In this document: positions 58,936 to 64,000 of the stretch, piece after piece
Position numbering within the stretch: the stretch's first letter is position 1
How the letters are laid out: each line of letters starts with the position of its first letter
DNA from: an uncultured Gammaproteobacteria bacterium
Lineage (GTDB): Bacteria > Patescibacteriota > Patescibacteriia > UBA1558 > 2-01-FULL-52-15
Length of the DNA: 64,000 bases
Reading direction: 5' to 3'
Assembly: GCA_964402565.1 (NCBI GenBank)
Contig: CAYOCJ010000001.1
Coordinates: 224,079-288,078, forward strand
Program-made: the position numbers and the translations under genes
Notes under the pieces: generated by a model
Databases searched by the model: none
What the model saw: the letters and a program-made list of their open reading frames with translations, nothing else
Told to the model about the DNA's origin: nothing

Positions 58936-58962
58936 GCAATACTATGGCCTTCGGGCCATGCA

Positions 58963-59022
58963 GCAGGTGCGCAAGCGCCTGCTTTTTTTATTTAAAAAAA
59001 CGACCCCAGTTTTACATGGGGT
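58963..59022. terminator. Two adjacent terminators: a plus-strand hairpin GCAGGTGCGCAAGCGCCTGC plus T7, and a minus-strand hairpin GACCCCA/TGGGGTC plus a T-run
   Basis: Back-to-back hairpins. Each has a U-run on the appropriate strand for the convergent genes 58360..58935 (+) and 59048..59221 (-). Confidence 0.55.
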
Positions 59023-59047
59023 CAGGGACTGTCGCGGCGTAGGTCGC

Positions 59048-59221
59048 TCAAACTTTGTTTCCGCATCGCGGACACAAGGGGTAGCTAAGCTCTTTGTAGA
59101 AGCGGTGTAATGAAGTGCACACGAGGGGTGCCTTGCCGTCTTTTTTTTGAAAATCGTGGCTTGGTTTTCTGGGAGCTGCTTGGCTTGCGGCTGGCGGGGC
59201 GGGGCGCTTGCCGTAATGCAT
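59048..59221 (-). CDS. Small basic Cys-containing protein (57 aa), possible zinc-binding
   Basis: SD AAGGAG 7 nt before the ATG. Sequence MHYGKRPAPPAASQAAPRKPSHDFQKKDGKAPLVCTSLHRFYKELSYPLCPRCGNKV. Has its own terminator. Trimmed from track ORF 59048..59281. Confidence 0.35.
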   Translation of the reverse strand: MHYGKRPAPPAASQAAPRKPSHDFQKKDGKAPLVCTSLHRFYKELSYPLCPRCGNKV

Positions 59222-59329
59222 GTGCGGCACTCCTTTCATTGGAAGAAATGAACGATCACAGACCATGTATTGTATGCGCATAGATAATGAAAGTCAATAC
59301 AAAAAACTTTTTTATGCTATACTGTATCC

Positions 59330-59917
59330 ATGGAAACCAGGGCTTTTTACCTCATGCGCCATGCAGAATATGAGAATCCGCAGAATATTTTCATCGGACG
59401 ACTCGGTGTGCCTCTGACAGCGGAGGGCAGAGCGCGGGCTGAGCGGGTCGGCCGCGAATTAAAAGATGCCGGGATTCGCAAGATTTTTTCCAGCAATGTA
59501 GAACGCTGTGATGAAACCAGCCGTATTGTAGCAGAAATTCTGGAAGTAGATGTGTACCATGATAAACGCTTGCTCGAGCATCTGAGTCCGATACAAGGCA
59601 TGTCTCTTGATGAATATCATAAAGATCGGAATCTTCGTTTCACCAGCGTAGATACGCTGGGCGGCGAAACCATGATGGACGTACAGGTGCGCATGCTTGA
59701 TTTTTTTTATGAAAAAATGAAAGAAGAGGAGGGTGATATTTTGATTTGTTCACACGGTGATCCATTATATTTTCTCTATGCAGGTCTCAGCGGCAAGAAT
59801 CTGCCAAAGGAAGCCACTGATTTTGATCCGTCAAAGGACTACCAGCCTATGGGCAGCTATCGAAAGGTTGAGATAGAAGGTGATCAATTCGTCGTGGGTC
59901 CCATCACCGTACTGTAA
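59330..59917 (+). CDS. Histidine phosphatase superfamily protein (phosphoglycerate-mutase-like)
   Basis: RHAE catalytic motif (YLMRHAEYE) and a downstream His (ICSHGD). An extended -10 (TGCTATACT) lies upstream. Confidence 0.75.
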   Translation: METRAFYLMRHAEYENPQNIFIGRLGVPLTAEGRARAERVGRELKDAGIRKIFSSNVERCDETSRIVAEILEVDVYHDKRLLEHLSPIQGMSLDEYHKDRNLRFTSVDTLGGETMMDVQVRMLDFFYEKMKEEEGDILICSHGDPLYFLYAGLSGKNLPKEATDFDPSKDYQPMGSYRKVEIEGDQFVVGPITVL

Positions 59918-59993
59918 TGTAGCCCAATACATTGTCAACGCTTTTAAATGCAGCTCATCAAGAGCTGTTTTTCCATGGGAATGATTAAAAAAA

Positions 59994-60016
59994 GGCCAGA
60001 CGCGGGGCGTCTGGCC
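59994..60016. terminator. Bidirectional terminator hairpin GGCCAGACG-CGGGG-CGTCTGGCC
   Basis: 9-bp perfect stem, an A-run upstream, and convergent genes on either side. Confidence 0.6.
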
Positions 60017-60060
60017 TGAGAGATGGACTCGAAGTGTCTGGTTTCCTTCGCGTCGTTGTT

Positions 60061-61440
60061 TCAACTGGAATAGGGCTTGGCCTCGTTCAGAAGCTGCTCT
60101 CGCGTGACCTTCTTGTCCCCGAGCCTGCTGTAATAGGAGGCAAGACGAGTGAGGTCGGCATCTTTCGAGGTTGAGTGCTGCAGGGCCTTGGCGACGAACT
60201 CGCCGCGGAATTTTCCCTGCGTCCGCGCGAGAAGACCGCCAACCGTGCGCTTCTTGTTTTTGCGCCTTCCGATGCCCAGCTCTTTGAAAGCTGCGTCATA
60301 GGCCTTCTTGAGCCCAGCGCCGCCTTTCGCAGCGCCATCCAGCAGCAAGAGCTGCACCTTGACGCTTTGGCCATTACCGCCGACTCGAGACTTGCTCAGA
60401 GTGTGTACCTTGGTAACCGCAAGCACATCAGGTGTATCCTCGCTACCCAAGAGTTTTCTGATCTCTTCCAGCTTGACGTCTGCCGAGAAGCTTTTGCTCG
60501 CACGCGCGAGCAAGAGGTCGAATTCGGCTTTGACCTCACCTCCAACCATGTTCACGAGCTGTGACAGTTTCTCGTACACGCAAGGCTCCTTTTCCGCGAC
60601 ACTTTCGCGTCTGAGACACGTGATGGTTTCACCAGCGAAAAACAAAGGACTGCGTTGCCAGCAGTCTACCGTAATTGCTGGTAGCCGAGAACGCAGTGCT
60701 GCAGTGCTGTTGTCAAAGTGAAGGAAGAAACTTCGCATTCTGAAGGGATGCCCGCTCCACCGCGACACATAGATGTATCGCTCAATGAGTGTAGGCATAA
60801 GAAGCCGTTTGTTTTGCAGGAGTAGCTGCAGCACCGCTTGCAGAACGCCTAGTTCTCGAAGTGCGCCTTTATGCGGGTCCGGCCGTTTGAAGAATGCGGG
60901 CAGTTCCGGATTTCGTGGAATCAGTCCCTGTTCCGCATGCAGCTGCTCCAGTAGACTCGAGAGAGTAGCATCGCTCAGCTGGGAGCGTAAGAAGCTGAGA
61001 CCGTCAGCTTTGTTCTCCACGGTCAGGTTTGACCGCTGATCTGCGACCGTGATCGCCAAACAGCGCCCTGAACTTCTGCCAATCAGTGGAATGAGCGGCG
61101 TGATCTCACCGACATTCGTTTCGATAGTTCCGCAAAAGTCTGCATGCAGGGCATCGATCGCGGCTTTGGACCCGCGGATTGCCATGAGCTTTTTTGCAAA
61201 TGGATGCAGGCGATCTGAGTGGCGGTAAGGCAGGTCAGATCGGATAAGCTTCAGTCGAGAAGACCGGTTTCGTTCTACGAGCCAGCCATTCTCAGCCGAG
61301 ATGCCGGCATCCTGCCAGAGGCGTGCTTCGATGCCTTGGCCGCCGAGCGTGACAAGAGTGGATTCCTTCAGAGCCGTGAAGCGTTCTATAAAATCAAGGA
61401 ACGCTTCGAGGACCAGAACTTTTGGATTCGTAGTGGCCAT
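60061..61440 (-). CDS. Large hypothetical protein (459 aa), GC-rich locus
   Basis: Long ORF with protein-like composition and no recognisable motifs. The start context faces a divergent intergenic region. Confidence 0.5.
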   Translation of the reverse strand: MATTNPKVLVLEAFLDFIERFTALKESTLVTLGGQGIEARLWQDAGISAENGWLVERNRSSRLKLIRSDLPYRHSDRLHPFAKKLMAIRGSKAAIDALHADFCGTIETNVGEITPLIPLIGRSSGRCLAITVADQRSNLTVENKADGLSFLRSQLSDATLSSLLEQLHAEQGLIPRNPELPAFFKRPDPHKGALRELGVLQAVLQLLLQNKRLLMPTLIERYIYVSRWSGHPFRMRSFFLHFDNSTAALRSRLPAITVDCWQRSPLFFAGETITCLRRESVAEKEPCVYEKLSQLVNMVGGEVKAEFDLLLARASKSFSADVKLEEIRKLLGSEDTPDVLAVTKVHTLSKSRVGGNGQSVKVQLLLLDGAAKGGAGLKKAYDAAFKELGIGRRKNKKRTVGGLLARTQGKFRGEFVAKALQHSTSKDADLTRLASYYSRLGDKKVTREQLLNEAKPYSS

Positions 61441-61678
61441 CTGGCGCTCCTTTCACATCCTAGTTGATGAATTGTAAGGTACCGATCAATAAAATTGACT
61501 TTCGAGCATAACATTCCGGCGTGCTTTGGTCAATAGTCCTCAGTTGTTATAGTTGACCGTAATCGTATTTTAGGGTATGGTTTCTGGTTATGGATTTTGG
61601 TTCATTGGCAAAATAATCCAACATAACGTGTACTGCGGAAGATTCCCTAGTGCATCTTCAATTCCCAGGGAGGGGTCC

Positions 61679-63277
61679 ATGGCTGATCCGAAAAACACTG
61701 AACGCGCTGATGAAGGCGGCAAAGTTGTCTCGATGCATCCCGATGCCAAGATCGCACCGCGGATCGATCGCATTCTTGGCATTCTGTCCACGTGGCAGGC
61801 GTCAGTCACCACGCCGTTCGTCGCGCAGGTCTTTCAGAGTATCATGGACCTGTTGCACGCAGCCCGATTCATGGGCAACGACGAGCTTCTCGAGCGAACC
61901 AGTTTTTTGGTCGCAGAGGTATGCATCGATCTCGATGAATACTTCAGCAAGATGGACGTTCCGGCGCCGGCAAACAAGTCAGAGCTTACGCAGCTACCTG
62001 AGTTGACCCGAGCACATTTTGCTCAGCAGAGATTTGACTTGCAGGAAATCTTCGTGCTCACGAAGAAGAAGCTGGAAACCCTTACCGCCAGCTATGAAGC
62101 GCTGCGGCTGGAAGATCGCAAGAACATCAATCGGGTCGGTACGACGCTCGGTGGCAGTATCGCGCATCTGACGAAAGCTGCTTCTGAAGAGCGACTTTCG
62201 CTTCAACTTCTCGAACAGATCGAAGAGCTTCAGGCAGAAGTTCGAGAAGTAAGGGCCGAACTGACAGCGACCAAAAAGACCGCTGTTAAGGAACGCTCGG
62301 TCCAGATCGAGTCCTTGATAGATAAGCTCGATCGTGCCGTCTTGCGACTTGACCTTGCCCCTAGCGAACCGGCCGCATCTTCTGGTACTGATCGACCGGC
62401 GACATTCGATCTGCAAGCTTTGACCGTTGAGCTGGGTCGCCGTACGACCTGGCTCGAATCCTATGTCGAAGCGCAGTTACATCTCGAGGAGCAGCGCAGT
62501 GATCTGGATGACAGGCTGCAGGAGATGGAGGACGCCGTACGGTTTTCCGCTGATGATGCTGATGGCAAGTCGCTTCGAAGTGAGAAACTCAAACTGACTC
62601 AGGAGCGAGTGTTTCTTTCGCTCAAGATCACCAGGCTCGTGGAACTTCAATCGGCAGAGCGTCGGAATATCGATGCGCTCAATCGAATTCGCGAAGCACA
62701 CAGTTTGATCGCGAGCGGTATTCCCGCCGAGCTTGCCGAAAGCTTCGGTAAAGCCTTGCCGGCATTGGCAGAGGTGGTCGAGATGCATCCCCCGGCTCCT
62801 CAAGCAGCGACCGCTCAGGATGATCACAAGAAGCAACTAGCCATTCAAACCGCTGCCACGAATAGGACGGTGGTAGGACGGCGGGCTTCGCTGGACGCTA
62901 TCGCAGCATCGGTTCGCATGACGCCTTCCTATCTGTTGTTCGTTACGCTTTTTGAGATCCTTCCAAGGTTTGCTGAGAAGGAGTACCCCTATCGGAAGAG
63001 CGCTGGTTCGATCGCTGCAGCTGCGCGACAGGCCGGAATTCTTTCCGCGTTCGGTTGGGATAACTATCATCTCTTCAACAAGGAGTTGTTGGGAAATCCT
63101 CAGCCGGACGAGGTAATAACCAGGGAGGCGTATCTCTCGTTCAAAGGTTCTCCTGGGGGTAATATCCTTTTCGTTCGCACTTCGCAGAAGATAGGCTGGG
63201 AACCTGAAGCGATCCTGACCTCAGATGAAACTCTTGCGTTTCGAAAGCACATTCGTGAACGCGAGAAGCCGCGCTAG
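61679..63277 (+). CDS. Large hypothetical coiled-coil protein (about 533 aa), GC-rich locus
   Basis: Started at ATG 61679, preceded by SD GGGAGGGG. The track start at 61577 lies inside the -10 of the candidate promoter TTGACC-17-TATGGT. The central 250 aa are heptad-rich (E/L/R/Q). Confidence 0.5.
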   Translation: MADPKNTERADEGGKVVSMHPDAKIAPRIDRILGILSTWQASVTTPFVAQVFQSIMDLLHAARFMGNDELLERTSFLVAEVCIDLDEYFSKMDVPAPANKSELTQLPELTRAHFAQQRFDLQEIFVLTKKKLETLTASYEALRLEDRKNINRVGTTLGGSIAHLTKAASEERLSLQLLEQIEELQAEVREVRAELTATKKTAVKERSVQIESLIDKLDRAVLRLDLAPSEPAASSGTDRPATFDLQALTVELGRRTTWLESYVEAQLHLEEQRSDLDDRLQEMEDAVRFSADDADGKSLRSEKLKLTQERVFLSLKITRLVELQSAERRNIDALNRIREAHSLIASGIPAELAESFGKALPALAEVVEMHPPAPQAATAQDDHKKQLAIQTAATNRTVVGRRASLDAIAASVRMTPSYLLFVTLFEILPRFAEKEYPYRKSAGSIAAAARQAGILSAFGWDNYHLFNKELLGNPQPDEVITREAYLSFKGSPGGNILFVRTSQKIGWEPEAILTSDETLAFRKHIREREKPR

Positions 63278-63301
63278 CAAGCACGTTCGTTGAGAAATGA
63301 A

Positions 63302-63344
63302 AGAGCGCCGATCCAGCAATGCTGGAGCGGCGCTCTATTTTTTT
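63302..63344. terminator. Bidirectional terminator (AGAGCGCCG...CGGCGCTCT followed by T8)
   Basis: 9-bp stem with a nested inner hairpin, followed by ATTTTTTTT. Confidence 0.6.
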
Positions 63345-63357
63345 CTCCTCTCGTAGG

Positions 63358-63987
63358 TTACTTTTTGCGCTGAAGGAATTCTCGCCGGATGCTTCCGACG
63401 AAACTAGTCACCGCCCTTGAATCTGACGGGAATAGATAGCGGCCGACAGCCTCGACGATCTTGAGCAGAATATGCTCGGCTCGTGCAGACGCTGACGTGG
63501 GCATGGATTCGTACCCATGCACATTCACGTAGATCACCGTACCGTTGGTCGCGTCAACTTCCGCCAGTATGAGCCCATCGAGTTGGCGTTTTGATATGGT
63601 GAAATCCTTGTCACCGATGCGGATCGGAGTCGCGCGTGTCCGGTGATTCCCAGAACCGCCACCTGAGCCGCCATGACCAGAACCGCCACCTGAGCTGCGC
63701 TTATGCGGTGATTTGACCGCAAAATCGTCGTCGCTTTTCAGCTTCGGAACTCCCCAAAGCTGATTGCACATTTCCACGAATTCCGTGATGTGTCGATCGA
63801 ACGGGTCTTTACCGAATACATCTTCCTCACCCAGTAGCGCGCGGGCGTCTTCAGCGACCTGGCTGACCAGGTATGCCATAGCTCGCCGCCAGACAGCGCT
63901 GTGGAAGAATGATCGCCGTAGCTTTGAGCGCGCGGTGTCCTGATTCTCGAGGAGCCCAGGAATGAAGATGTCGCCGGTAAGATCCAT
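63358..63987 (-). CDS. Hypothetical protein with an internal Gly/Ser linker (209 aa or more, possibly 5'-incomplete at the window edge)
   Basis: GC-rich ORF containing the linker SSGGGSGHGGSGGGSG. Its start lies within 13 nt of the window end. Confidence 0.4.
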   Translation of the reverse strand: MDLTGDIFIPGLLENQDTARSKLRRSFFHSAVWRRAMAYLVSQVAEDARALLGEEDVFGKDPFDRHITEFVEMCNQLWGVPKLKSDDDFAVKSPHKRSSGGGSGHGGSGGGSGNHRTRATPIRIGDKDFTISKRQLDGLILAEVDATNGTVIYVNVHGYESMPTSASARAEHILLKIVEAVGRYLFPSDSRAVTSFVGSIRREFLQRKK

Positions 63988-64000
63988 ATGCCAGAATGGG

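Noticed and set aside
60087-60721. Several 95-137-aa ORFs on both strands inside the 459-aa minus gene
   Set aside because: They are nested in a longer coherent ORF. The GC-rich sequence generates spurious frames.

Overview
This 64-kb window looks like it comes from a small-genome, roughly 45% GC bacterium, possibly an uncultivated CPR/Patescibacteria-like lineage, though that placement is inference. Housekeeping genes dominate it. They include four aminoacyl-tRNA synthetases (argS, ileS, glyQS, metG), the rplT-rpmI-infC ribosomal operon, smpB with an adjacent tmRNA candidate, a tRNA-Arg(CCG), recO, tgt, rsmI, tatD, rmuC and a complete nine-gene F1Fo ATP synthase operon (atpZ-like, atpB, E, F, H, A, G, D, C). 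Three things stand out against that background. First, a roughly 12-kb cell-envelope glycoconjugate cluster at the left edge, built from multidomain fusions (flippase-GT4, kinase-GT2-GT4, PIG-L deacetylase, two DPM1-like GT2, two GT-C membrane transferases, a secreted hydrolase-like protein, a SemiSWEET). Second, large secreted or surface repeat proteins and a ClpC-like ATPase with an unusual membrane-anchored, DnaJ-zinc-finger N-terminus. Third, several short islets that look GC-rich by eye (not computed), encoding uncharacterised proteins. The main unexplained content is in those islets. They include a four-gene overlapping operon of paired small proteins, a very basic protein made of seven tandem zinc ribbons, a tandem pair of beta-carbonic-anhydrase-like proteins behind a promoter that contains a perfect palindromic operator, and a terminal island of large hypothetical proteins. 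No CRISPR array, transposase, integrase or reverse transcriptase was seen. Coordinates for features that are not from the ORF track were read by eye and may be off by 1 to 2 nt.
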